Positions 28,201 through 37,032 of a DNA stretch of 62,685 nt are shown here, piece by piece; the first letter of the stretch is position 1; every line of letters starts with the position of its first letter. Made by a program: the position numbers and the translations under genes. The notes under the pieces were generated by a model, which saw only the letters and a program-made list of their open reading frames with translations, did no database searches and was not told the DNA's origin. Origin of the DNA: Chloroflexota bacterium. Lineage in GTDB: Bacteria > Chloroflexota > Anaerolineae > Anaerolineales > UBA4823. The DNA lies in contig JAQBDA010000049.1 of NCBI GenBank assembly GCA_032124675.1, positions 1-62,685 of the forward strand. The letters run 5' to 3'.

Positions 28201-29085
28201 CAGTCCTTCCAAGACAACACCACCGGGGGTATCTTCACCGTCGCTGTCAATCACCTCAAATCTAAGGGGTCAGCCTGCGACGATGTTGGCGACCCAGATC
28301 TTGGCCTTGGTGCAGGCAACTGCAACCTGACCCGCAAAGCCGCCGCTGAAGCCCTGGTAGATTGGCTGGCAAGCGACCCGACCGGTAGCGGCGATGGGGA
28401 CTTCTTGATCATCGGCGATCTGAACTCCTACGACAAGGAAGATCCCATCGATGTGCTGCTGGCTGGTGGTTATACAGACTTGATCTACAAATTCCTGGGT
28501 GAAGACGCCTACTCGTATGTCTTCGACGGGCAGTTAGGCTACCTCGACCACGCCCTGGCTAACCAGGACCTGCTGGATGAGGTTACCGGCACCACCGTCT
28601 GGCATATCAATGCTGATGAAGCCGACCTGATCGACTACGATACCTCCTTCAAGGGGCCCAACCAGGACGCAATCTACGCCCCGGACGCTTACCGCTCCTC
28701 CGACCACGATCCGGTCTTAGTCGGTCTAAGGGTGTGTGAATACGTTCCCCCGACCCTGGAAGAAGTATCCGTATCGCCGAATATGCTGTGGCCGCCCAAC
28801 CACAAGTATGTGGATGTGACTGCCACCGTACTCGCCTCCGACAACTTCGACCTCAACCCGTTTGTAACGCTGGTTTCGGTCACATCCAATGAGCCGGATG
28901 ATGGTCTGGGCGATGGTGATACAGCCAACGATATCGTCATCCTTGACGATTACCACTTCATGCTGCGGGCGGAGCGCTCGGGCAATGGCACTGGGCGTAT
29001 CTACACCATAACCTACCAGGCTGCTGACATCTGCGGGAATGTCACCACCGCTACGGCGGAGGTCACTGTCCCCAAGAGCAAGTAG
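25240..29085 (+). CDS. ExeM/NucH-family extracellular endonuclease with three lamin-tail domains
   Basis: Signal peptide ending AQA; LTDs (VISQVYGGGG...DFIELFN; IITEIMYDP...EWIEIYN; VINEIMQNP...EWFELYN); OB fold (IHEVQG...GFYVQE); EEP nuclease (VASFNVLNYF, VNHLKSKG, IGDLNSY, YLDHAL, SSDHDPV); LWPPNHK tail. GTG start after AAGGAG. Confidence 0.92.
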   Translation: MNTKFGTLIWRNLVSIVSILVLLASILGSFQSAQAVSPNIVISQVYGGGGNSGATYTNDFIELFNRGATPVSLTGWSVQYASSTGSTWQVTTLSGTVQPGQYYLVQEAAGGGGTTPLPTPDASGSIAMSGSNGKVVVANTASALSGSNPADASIVDVVGYGSANFFEGSGAAPGLSNTTADSRAANGCTDTDDNSADFTAGAPAPRNTTSPLNPCVASTPEVIITEIMYDPNSAEDNWEWIEIYNAGTATADLTGYVVDDFNSVALSSANIAGGTLAAGEQAVLYNADDVTASDFVAAWGSVNLIPVTSWSSLALNNTGDQISLWDSFASYSGDNVAHANAIDTVNYAGAGFPDPVGASIYLTDLSADNNVGSNWATSTDGGATPLFTGYTSAAAGGNVGTDIGSPGMPIVVINVVINEIMQNPAIVADSAGEWFELYNAGSGAVDVNGWTIADAGSDSHVINNGGPLLIPAGGYLLLGNNTDTGTNGGTNVDYGYGGSWFLANADDEVILLDGGLNEIDRVEYDGGPVFPDPTGASMSLSDPTLDNNDGSNWCTSTTPFGAGDLGTPGAANTCVAPVVTVKIHEVQGPGSASPLVGQTVAIEGIVVGDFQDGASGTNGDLNGFYVQEEDADTDADPLTSEGVFVFNGSSPSVDVQIGDLVKVEGVVSEFNGLTEITSFTGVAVISSGNPLPTASILSLPATTVTDFEAYEGMLVTFPQALVISEYFNFDRFGEIVLTSERHLTPTAEFEPGADAIQAAQDFLLDKITLDDGRTNQNPDPAIHPNGMAFDLTNLFRGGSTVANVTGVMDYAFGLYRIQPTQGADYTNTNPRTASPDPVGGTLKVASFNVLNYFTTLDYPSGDPLDNKCGPLQNQECRGADADQPDEFTRQRDKIIAALTEIDADVVGLLEIENNIDDDAVIDLVNGLNAVNGAGIYDYVSTGTIGSDAIKVALIYKPASVSLVGGYAILDSSVDSRFIDTKNRPTLAQSFQDNTTGGIFTVAVNHLKSKGSACDDVGDPDLGLGAGNCNLTRKAAAEALVDWLASDPTGSGDGDFLIIGDLNSYDKEDPIDVLLAGGYTDLIYKFLGEDAYSYVFDGQLGYLDHALANQDLLDEVTGTTVWHINADEADLIDYDTSFKGPNQDAIYAPDAYRSSDHDPVLVGLRVCEYVPPTLEEVSVSPNMLWPPNHKYVDVTATVLASDNFDLNPFVTLVSVTSNEPDDGLGDGDTANDIVILDDYHFMLRAERSGNGTGRIYTITYQAADICGNVTTATAEVTVPKSK

Positions 29086-29109
29086 CAGCAACGGCTTATA
29101 GACTCACTC

Positions 29110-29160
29110 TAACGAATGACACCCCAGGCGCACAGCCTGGGGTGTCATTCGTTATCTTTT
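29110..29160 (+). terminator. Intrinsic terminator
   Basis: 20-bp perfect stem TAACGAATGACACCCCAGGC-GCACA-GCCTGGGGTGTCATTCGTTA followed by TCTTTT. Confidence 0.85.
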
Positions 29161-29307
29161 CTCAAGTGCTGAGATATGTTAAAATCTTAACCGTAGAAGT
29201 TGAATAGTATGTAGATGATTCTCAGTTCACCCGCATAAATCCTAAATTGATCAAATTCTTATCGATAGAAACTTATTGCTAGAATTGCAGGAAGCGGAGA
29301 GAAAAGC

Positions 29308-32300
29308 ATGGATGCGAGAACTGAATCTTATTGCCTGGGAATAGATGTCGGCTCAACAACGGTCAAAGTCGTCATCCTGGATGCAGAGGGGGAGGTTAAG
29401 TATTCCGCTTACCGCCGGCACAACACCGAGACGCTCCTGACGCTCCAGGATATCCTTGGAGATGCGCATACCAAGCTGGGAGAGGTCAAATTCCAGCTCC
29501 AGATGACCGGTTCCGCCGGACTGGGCATCAGCGAAAAATATAACTTCTCCTTCATCCAGGAAGTCATCGCCTCCGCTCAGGTCGTCCACAAACGCTACCC
29601 GCATGTCCGTACGCTCTTGGATATCGGGGGCGAAGATGCCAAAGTGATCTTCTTCGGCAACAACGGACGCCCGGACATCCGCATGAACGGCGCCTGCGCA
29701 GGGGGTACGGGGGCATTCATCGACCAGATGGCGACCCTGCTCAACATCTCAGTCTCCGAATTCAGCAACCTTGCCGAGCAGGCGGAAGTCATCCATCCAA
29801 TCGCTTCACGCTGCGGTGTATTCGCCAAGACCGACGTCCAGAACCTGCTCAGCCGCGATGTATCCAAACCAGAGATCACTGCTTCGGTCTTCCATGCAGT
29901 CGTGCTCCAGACTCTGGCTACCCTGGCGAGGGGTCGCAGCCTGGAACCCGTGATCCTGTTCGCTGGCGGTCCGCTGACCTTTTTTCCCGCCCTGAGGACC
30001 GCTTTTATCAACGCTCTTGACCTGACGCCGGAGAACTGTCTGGATGTCGACAACCCGGAATTGATCCCGGCCCACGGAGCAGCGCTTGCCGCCGCCGAAC
30101 TGCCAGCGCAGTATTCACTCTCCCATTTGATGGCTATCTTGGAAGCCCGGCCTCCCAGCCAGGACCTTCAGGGCAGGCTTTCACCGCTCTTCAAACACGA
30201 GCAGGGCTTCAGCAGCTGGGAGGCAGCTCGTACACAGGCAAAAGTAGAGAGCGTGGACATTCGCGAAGTGGCAGGCAGCCGGTGCTTCCTGGGTATCGAT
30301 TCTGGCTCGACGACCACCAAGGTTGTGCTGGTCGACGAACAGGGCCGGGTTTTCTTCGATTACTATGCCCCCAACAACGGCAACGCCATCCGCGCCGCGC
30401 AAGAAGGGCTGCAGCAGATGCAGGAGTCCTTTGCGGGTCTGCCAGACCCGCCGCGTATCACCCGCAGCACAGTTACCGGCTACGGCGAAGACTTGATCCG
30501 GGCAGCTTTTGGCTGCGATGAGGGCACAGTCGAGACGCTGGCACACTACCGGGCAGCACGCGCTTTCGATCCACAGGTTTCCTTCATCCTCGATATCGGC
30601 GGGCAGGATATGAAGGCCATCTTCGTCCAGGATGGCTATGTCCAGCGCATCGAGATCAACGAGGCCTGCTCCTCGGGGTGTGGGACATTCATTGAGACCT
30701 TCGCCCGCTCGCTGGGTCATACCGTATCCGATTTCGCCCACATGGCCTGTAATGCCGGCGAGCCCTGCGATCTGGGTACCCGCTGTACGGTGTTCATGAA
30801 CTCACGCGTCAAGCAGGCGCTGCGGGAGGGGGCCGAGGTTGGTGAGATATCAGCAGGGCTGGCCTATTCGGTGATCAAGAACGCGCTGCACAAGGTGCTG
30901 AACCTGACCGATACGACGGTGCTGGGCGATCACATCGTCGTACAGGGCGGTTCGTTCCGCAATCCAGCCATCCACAGGGCAATGGAGCAGGTGTTGGGAA
31001 AGCCGGTGGTCTGCCCGGATAAAGCCGAACACATGGGCGCATTCGGCGCTGCCCTCATCGCCCGCGATACCTATCTGCGGACCGCAGAGGGCGCCGGTCT
31101 GGGGGTCGCTCTGGACGACCTGGCCTCGGTCGGTGACTACCAGAAGCGCATCATCAACTGCCGGGGATGCGAGAACCAGTGCACCATCACCAAACTGACC
31201 TTCCCCAATACGAATATCTTTTACACGGGCAACCGCTGCGAACGGATCTTCAGCAACCAGGGGAAAAAGATGGAGCCGGGCGCCAATATGTTTGCCCGCG
31301 CCAACGAGCTGCTTTTCGAACGCCCCACTCAGACCGCTGCTGCCCCCCGGTTGACGATTGGCATTCCACGCGCCCTCAATTTCTTCGAGAACTACCCCTT
31401 CTGGAACACATTATTTGTCGAGAGCGGGATCAGGGTGCGCCTCTCCGACCAGTCCAGCCACGCGCAGTTCGAGAAAGGCGCCGGCACGGTCATGTCGGAG
31501 AACATCTGCTTCCCCGCCAAGCTGCTGCACGGTCACATCTTCAACCTGCTGGATGCCGGGGTAGACCGCATCTTCTACCCGATGGTGTTCTACGAGAAAA
31601 GCGAGTTCGCCGACGCCATCAATTGCTTCAACTGTCCCATCGTTTCCGGCTACCCGGATGTTGTGCGCAGTGCAATCGACCCCCAGGGCAGGTACGGTGT
31701 CCCATTTGACCAACCGGCAGTCACCTTCCAAGACACCAAACTGCTCAAAAAGACTTGCCGTGAATACCTGTCCGAGCTGGGCATTGACCGGTCGACGTTC
31801 GAGCGCGCATTCAAACTTGCGCTGGAAGCACAGGATGAGCACAAACAGCAGCTGCTCCAGCTTGGAGCAGAGATCATCGAACGGGCAGAGGCCGAGAAGC
31901 GCCTGGCGGTTGTCCTGGCCGGTCGTCCGTACCATGTCGACCCGCTGATCAACCACAAGATCCCGGAGATCCTGGCAGATATGGGGGTGGATGTGCTCAC
32001 GGTCGACTCGGTGCCCTGGAAAGAGGGCCAGACGCTCGAGAACCAGATGGTGCTGACCCAATGGGCGTATCTCAACCGCATCTTCCATGCGGCTCGCTGG
32101 GCGGGGAAGCAGAAGGGGGTGGAGCTGGCGCAGCTGAACTCATTCGGCTGCGGGCCGGATGCTTTCGCACTGGATGAGGTCAAGGGCGTCCTGTCGGAGT
32201 ACGGCAAGAACCACACCGTGCTGCGCATCGATGAGATCACCAGCACCGGCTCGGCGCGCCTGCGGCTGCGCTCGATGCTGGAAGCGTTCAATGAAAAGAG

Positions 32301-33582
32301 CGACCCGCTGCAGGATGACGAGCCGCAGCATATCGTCGCCAGAAAAACTACCCGCTTGTACCACAAGACCGACCGCGACAAGGTCATCATCGTCCCGGAG
32401 TTCTCCCGCTTCTGCACGCCCCCCATCATCCGCCCGGGCTACGATATGGGCTATCATATCGAGGTCTTACCCTCGCCGGATAACGAGTCGGTCCAGGTCG
32501 GATTGAAATACACCAACAATGAGATTTGCTATCCGGGTATTATCGTGATCGGGGATGCCATCAAGGCGCTGCAGTCCGGCATGTACGACCCGGATCAGGT
32601 GATCGTGGGCTCGTGGGAGACCGGGGGCCAGTGCCGGGCATCGAATATCTCATGCCTGATGAAGAAGGCCCTGGTGGCTGCCGGCTACGAACACATCCCT
32701 GTGGTAACACTCTCCACCCGGCTCAAATCGTTCAACCCGCAGCCGGAATTCAAATTCAACCTGGTCGAGTATCTCTATAAGGCACTGCTGGGGATGGTGT
32801 ATTCAGACGGCATCTCAGCACTCTACCACGCAACCGCGGTGCGAGAGCGCACCCGTGGAGACGCGGACTCACTGGCCGACAAATATATGATCCCATTCGA
32901 AAATGGTGCCGTGCCGCTGGTGCGCGCCCCCATCATCCAGAAATTGCGCGAGGCGGTGACAGAGTTCAACAGCCTTTCCGTTGACCGGGAGCGGCGCCCG
33001 CAGGTGGGCATTGTTGGCGAAATCTATGTCAAATACAATACCTTCGTGAACAACAACCTGGTGCAGTGGTTGATGGATCAGGATGTAGAAGTGGTCCTGC
33101 CGCCCCTGCTGTCGTTCTTCACCGGCTCCTTCATCGGCTTAAGGGCCGGTGTGCAGGCCCGCATCCGCCGACCCGACTTGCTTCACTTCCTGGCTTCCGT
33201 GGGGAAGAAGCTTGTCCGTTCGGTCATCAGCGAAGCGGATGCTGTCTTGAGGGATTTCAGCTTCTACCGCCCACACAAGGATGACGATGAAACCGCCCGC
33301 ACCGCGCAGTCGATCGTCCACCTGACCCACCAGTATGGTGAGGGCTGGCTGTTATCGGGTGAGATCGGGGAATACGTGAAAGAGGGGGTGCAGAACGTCA
33401 TCTGCCTGCAGCCTTTTGGGTGCATCGCCAACCATGTGATCGCCAAAGGTGTGGCCCAGCGGCTGCAACAACGCTATGAGGACCTCAACCTGCTGTACCT
33501 GGACTTAGATGCCGGGATCAGCGAGGTCAATTACTTCAACCGGCTGCACTTCTTCCTGGAACAGGCAAAAGCCACCGTTTAA
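29308..33582 (+). CDS. 2-hydroxyacyl-CoA dehydratase activase-related multidomain protein (two BadF/BcrAD ATPase domains plus dehydratase-like domains)
   Basis: GIDVGSTTVK/DIGGEDAK/CAGGTG; GIDSGSTTTK/DIGGQDMK/CSSGCG; CRGCENQC; CFPAKL; NSFGCGPD; CLQPFGCIANH. Confidence 0.88.
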   Translation: MDARTESYCLGIDVGSTTVKVVILDAEGEVKYSAYRRHNTETLLTLQDILGDAHTKLGEVKFQLQMTGSAGLGISEKYNFSFIQEVIASAQVVHKRYPHVRTLLDIGGEDAKVIFFGNNGRPDIRMNGACAGGTGAFIDQMATLLNISVSEFSNLAEQAEVIHPIASRCGVFAKTDVQNLLSRDVSKPEITASVFHAVVLQTLATLARGRSLEPVILFAGGPLTFFPALRTAFINALDLTPENCLDVDNPELIPAHGAALAAAELPAQYSLSHLMAILEARPPSQDLQGRLSPLFKHEQGFSSWEAARTQAKVESVDIREVAGSRCFLGIDSGSTTTKVVLVDEQGRVFFDYYAPNNGNAIRAAQEGLQQMQESFAGLPDPPRITRSTVTGYGEDLIRAAFGCDEGTVETLAHYRAARAFDPQVSFILDIGGQDMKAIFVQDGYVQRIEINEACSSGCGTFIETFARSLGHTVSDFAHMACNAGEPCDLGTRCTVFMNSRVKQALREGAEVGEISAGLAYSVIKNALHKVLNLTDTTVLGDHIVVQGGSFRNPAIHRAMEQVLGKPVVCPDKAEHMGAFGAALIARDTYLRTAEGAGLGVALDDLASVGDYQKRIINCRGCENQCTITKLTFPNTNIFYTGNRCERIFSNQGKKMEPGANMFARANELLFERPTQTAAAPRLTIGIPRALNFFENYPFWNTLFVESGIRVRLSDQSSHAQFEKGAGTVMSENICFPAKLLHGHIFNLLDAGVDRIFYPMVFYEKSEFADAINCFNCPIVSGYPDVVRSAIDPQGRYGVPFDQPAVTFQDTKLLKKTCREYLSELGIDRSTFERAFKLALEAQDEHKQQLLQLGAEIIERAEAEKRLAVVLAGRPYHVDPLINHKIPEILADMGVDVLTVDSVPWKEGQTLENQMVLTQWAYLNRIFHAARWAGKQKGVELAQLNSFGCGPDAFALDEVKGVLSEYGKNHTVLRIDEITSTGSARLRLRSMLEAFNEKSDPLQDDEPQHIVARKTTRLYHKTDRDKVIIVPEFSRFCTPPIIRPGYDMGYHIEVLPSPDNESVQVGLKYTNNEICYPGIIVIGDAIKALQSGMYDPDQVIVGSWETGGQCRASNISCLMKKALVAAGYEHIPVVTLSTRLKSFNPQPEFKFNLVEYLYKALLGMVYSDGISALYHATAVRERTRGDADSLADKYMIPFENGAVPLVRAPIIQKLREAVTEFNSLSVDRERRPQVGIVGEIYVKYNTFVNNNLVQWLMDQDVEVVLPPLLSFFTGSFIGLRAGVQARIRRPDLLHFLASVGKKLVRSVISEADAVLRDFSFYRPHKDDDETARTAQSIVHLTHQYGEGWLLSGEIGEYVKEGVQNVICLQPFGCIANHVIAKGVAQRLQQRYEDLNLLYLDLDAGISEVNYFNRLHFFLEQAKATV

Positions 33583-33625
33583 ATACCCTCCATAGGAGCG
33601 GGGATCCAGCCAACTCAGCCCTTCG

Positions 33626-36229
33626 ATGATTCCGATCAACCTTTACATATCCGGCTTCCTGTCCTACCGCGATCCTGTTGAACTGGATTTCAGCACCTTC
33701 GATCTGGCCTGTATATCCGGTGCCAACGGAGCAGGTAAATCGTCACTGCTGGATGCGATCACCTGGTCACTGTTCGGGCAGGCGCGCAAGCGCGACGACT
33801 CGCTGATCAATACCCAATCCGATGCCGCCGAGGTTGTATTCACCTTCGCATACGAAGGCAATGTGTACCGTGTCCGGCGCGCCAACCCGCGCGGCAAGAC
33901 CAGCCAGCTGTATTTCGAAATCCTGCAGCCCGATCAGGATAATGAGCAGGCTGACACGTCAGGGGCAGGTTATCTGGCGGGAAGCTGGAAATCGCTCACC
34001 GAGCGCTCGCTGCGCGAAACCCAGACGCTGATCGAGAACACCCTGAGCATGGATTACGAGACATTCGTCAACGCCTCTTTCTTCCTGCAGGGCAAAGCCG
34101 ACCAGTTCACCCAGCAAAGACCGGGGGACCGCAAGCGCCTGCTGGGCAGCATCCTCGGGCTGGAGGTTTGGGATGGCTACCGCAGGCAGGCAGCCGACAT
34201 GCGCCGTGCCATCGAAGACCAGATCGGCGCGCTGGCGGCGCGCCTGGACGAGATCAACCGAGAGCTTGCCGAAGAGAAGCAGCGCAAAGCGCACTTGAAA
34301 GAATTGGATTCCCGGCTGGACATTCTGAGCAAATCACGCCTAACTCAGGAAGCCAGCCTGGAGCAGATCACACAGATAGCTGCCACGCTGGCCGAGCAGC
34401 GCAAGCTGGTCGAGACGCTGAAACGGCAGCTGGATGCCAGTCTGCAGCGGCTCAACGAGCAGATCGACCGGCGGGATATACGGGAACAGGAACGGGAGAA
34501 TTACGCCGGCTTGATCGAGCGTGCCGAGCAGATCGAAGCAGCCTACCAGACCTGGCAGGTAAACCGCGCTGACCTGGAACGCTGGAACGAAACTGCCGCC
34601 CAATTTCAGGAAGGGCAGAAGCGCCGCCAGCCATTGCTGGATGAGATCAATACGGAGCGTGCCCGCCTCCAGCAAGAGCATAAATCCCTGCTGGCACAGC
34701 AGGAAGCCCTGGCGGCTCAAGAGGCCAGGCTGCCAGAGCTTAAAGAGCAGCTCGAGCAGACCGGGCAGGCGATCGCCGCGGTGGAGGATAATCTCGCCCG
34801 CCGGGTGGAAATGGATGCCCAGCTGCAGTCCGCCCGCCAGCGCCAGGCAGAAGCCAGAGCGGAGAATCCCCGCCTCAAGGCTGAAATGGACGAGCTGAAA
34901 GCGCGCATCGACCAGCTCCTGGTTGTCGAAGGGGCAGACTGCCCGGTATGCGGGCAGCCGCTGGATGCCGATGGTCGCCTGATCCTGATCGAGGATCTCC
35001 AAAACCAGGGCAAACAGATGGGCGACCGCTTCCGCGCCAACCAATCGCTGGTACAGGAAGTGGACGAGTCGGTTGGCAGCCTGGAAGCCCAGATCCGGCA
35101 TTTCAACCAGCTGGATAAGGAACTGCGCGAGTTAGCACAGAGCAAGGCACATCTCAATGCCAAGGCAGAACAGATCGAGCAGGCGAGATCAGCCTGGGAA
35201 AAGGACCAGCTCCCCCGCCTGGGCGAGGTGAGTTCCCTGCTGGAGACCGATGGCATGGCCCAGGGGGCACGCAAACTGCTGGCAGAGATGGATGCCGAGC
35301 TTGCAGAGATCGGCTACGATGCGGCGGCTCACGACGCCGTCCGGCAAGCAGAATTGGACGGGCGATCTGCAGAGGAAGAGCAGCGCGCACTGGATAAAGC
35401 CACCGCCTCGCTGGCGCCCATCGACCGGGAGATCGGCGAATTGAAGGAGCAGATCGAGGCACAGCAGAGCGAGGTCACCCGCCAGCAATCCGAGCACGAA
35501 CAGGCAGCCCACAGCCTGGCTGCCGCGGAAGAGCAGGCACCAGACCTGGATGCTGCCCGCCAGGTACTATTCGGCCTGCAGGAGCAGGAGCAGCAGCTAC
35601 GCATGGAAGTCGGGGCTGCCCAACAGCGGGTGCTGGTGCTGGACGAGCAAAGGAAGCGCCGCAAGACCTTCGAAGCACAGCGCGAAGATCTTGCGAGAGC
35701 GGTCGGTCATTACAAGCAGCTGGAACGCGCCTTCGGCAAGGATGGTGTGCCGGCGCTGCTGATTGAACAGGCTCTGCCCCAGATCGAAGCCAAAGCCAAC
35801 GATGTCCTGCAGCGCCTGAGCGGCGGGGGAATGTCTGTGCGCTTTGAGACGCTCTCCCCATATAAAGACAAACGCCGCGAGGACCTGAAAGAAACCCTCG
35901 ACATCCAGATCAGCGACGCGGCGGGCACACGCGATTATGAGATGTTTTCCGGTGGGGAAGCCTTCCGGGTAAACTTTGCCATCCGGCTGGCACTCTCTGA
36001 GGTGCTCGCCCAACGCGCCGGCGCCCGCCTGCAAACCCTGGTCATTGACGAAGGCTTTGGCAGCCAGGATGCTCTGGGTCGCCAGCGCCTGATCGAGGCA
36101 ATCAACCTGGTACAGCAGGATTTTGCCAAGGTGCTGGTTATCACGCACATCGATGAGCTGAAGGACGCCTTTCCGACCCGCATCGAGGTGGAGAAAACCC
36201 CGAGAGGCAGCGTGCTCAGTGTTGTGTAG
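33626..36229 (+). CDS. sbcC: SbcC/Rad50 SMC-family ATPase
   Basis: Walker A GANGAGKS, Q-loop FLQG, coiled coils, zinc hook CPVCG, signature FSGGE, Walker B LVIDEGFG, H-loop ITH. Confidence 0.92.
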   Translation: MIPINLYISGFLSYRDPVELDFSTFDLACISGANGAGKSSLLDAITWSLFGQARKRDDSLINTQSDAAEVVFTFAYEGNVYRVRRANPRGKTSQLYFEILQPDQDNEQADTSGAGYLAGSWKSLTERSLRETQTLIENTLSMDYETFVNASFFLQGKADQFTQQRPGDRKRLLGSILGLEVWDGYRRQAADMRRAIEDQIGALAARLDEINRELAEEKQRKAHLKELDSRLDILSKSRLTQEASLEQITQIAATLAEQRKLVETLKRQLDASLQRLNEQIDRRDIREQERENYAGLIERAEQIEAAYQTWQVNRADLERWNETAAQFQEGQKRRQPLLDEINTERARLQQEHKSLLAQQEALAAQEARLPELKEQLEQTGQAIAAVEDNLARRVEMDAQLQSARQRQAEARAENPRLKAEMDELKARIDQLLVVEGADCPVCGQPLDADGRLILIEDLQNQGKQMGDRFRANQSLVQEVDESVGSLEAQIRHFNQLDKELRELAQSKAHLNAKAEQIEQARSAWEKDQLPRLGEVSSLLETDGMAQGARKLLAEMDAELAEIGYDAAAHDAVRQAELDGRSAEEEQRALDKATASLAPIDREIGELKEQIEAQQSEVTRQQSEHEQAAHSLAAAEEQAPDLDAARQVLFGLQEQEQQLRMEVGAAQQRVLVLDEQRKRRKTFEAQREDLARAVGHYKQLERAFGKDGVPALLIEQALPQIEAKANDVLQRLSGGGMSVRFETLSPYKDKRREDLKETLDIQISDAAGTRDYEMFSGGEAFRVNFAIRLALSEVLAQRAGARLQTLVIDEGFGSQDALGRQRLIEAINLVQQDFAKVLVITHIDELKDAFPTRIEVEKTPRGSVLSVV

Positions 36230-36430
36230 ATATGATATCAAGGCATCGATCACACCCAGCTCTCCCAGCCAATTCATCAGCCGGCGCGCGCCTGTGAAAT
36301 AATCGCGGTATAACGCGTCGAGCACTTCCCCATAGAGACTGAACTGCCGGGCAGAAAAGTCGCCCACCTCCACATGGCTCGCTGCGCGCCATGTGCGCCT
36401 TTTCGACAAGGATTACATCACCCCAAAGTT

Positions 36431-36474
36431 TGTGATAAAAGTCACATCCACCTTGACACCGGCAGTGGTATATT
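36431..36474 (+). promoter_or_regulatory. Crp/Fnr-family (or Rex-like) box plus extended -10 upstream of nrfHA
   Basis: TGTGA-TAAAAG-TCACA (36431-36446), then TGgTATATT (36466-36474); spacing is compatible with a site centred near -42. Confidence 0.7.
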
Positions 36475-36552
36475 AGTGGCAGATTAGTGAATTATAGGAC
36501 AAAGCAGCAGCCAAGCAGCTGCTGAAACCTGATCCAGACCGAAGGTAAACCG

Positions 36553-37032
36553 ATGAAAATCGCCTTTATTATTGGAGTCATGGCCCTGTTGGTAGTGGTC
36601 GGTGTGGGGTTGTATGTCACCGATTTCACTGCTTATCTGGGCAACAACCCCTCGACATGCAACAACTGTCATGTAATGGATGCGGTATATGAAAGCTGGT
36701 ATCACGGCGGGCATAAAGCGTGGGCTAACTGCAACGACTGCCACACCCCACATGACCTGATCCCGAAATACCTGGTCAAAGCCCAATCAGGCTACCATCA
36801 CGTAACAGCCTTCATGTTCGGGGACATCCCGGATGCCATCCGCGCCAAAGACTCATCTCGGGAAGTGGTGCAGGCGAACTGCATCCGTTGCCACGCCGAT
36901 ACAGTTTCCACGATGATGGAAAACACGATGGAATTCGACCGCTACTGTTTCGAGTGCCACCGCAATGTCGCCCATGGCGAGCGCGGCATCTCGCTGCTAC
37001 CCTACCAGCACACTGAGGAGAGCCAAGAATGA
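36553..37032 (+). CDS. nrfH: Cytochrome c nitrite reductase small subunit (tetraheme)
   Basis: N-terminal TM; CNNCH, CNDCH, CIRCH, CFECH. Confidence 0.93.
   Translation: MKIAFIIGVMALLVVVGVGLYVTDFTAYLGNNPSTCNNCHVMDAVYESWYHGGHKAWANCNDCHTPHDLIPKYLVKAQSGYHHVTAFMFGDIPDAIRAKDSSREVVQANCIRCHADTVSTMMENTMEFDRYCFECHRNVAHGERGISLLPYQHTEESQE

Noticed and set aside
36230-36410. Protein-like minus-strand stretch (VEVGDFSARQFSLYGEVLDALYRDYFTGARRLMNWLGELGV) between sbcC and nrfH
   Set aside because: Possibly a gene remnant, but I cannot assign a family, and the frame runs antisense into sbcC; needs blastx.
36453-36458. Perfect TTGACA as the nrfHA -35
   Set aside because: It is only 10 nt from the best -10 (TATATT), and there is no -10 at 16-18 nt spacing.
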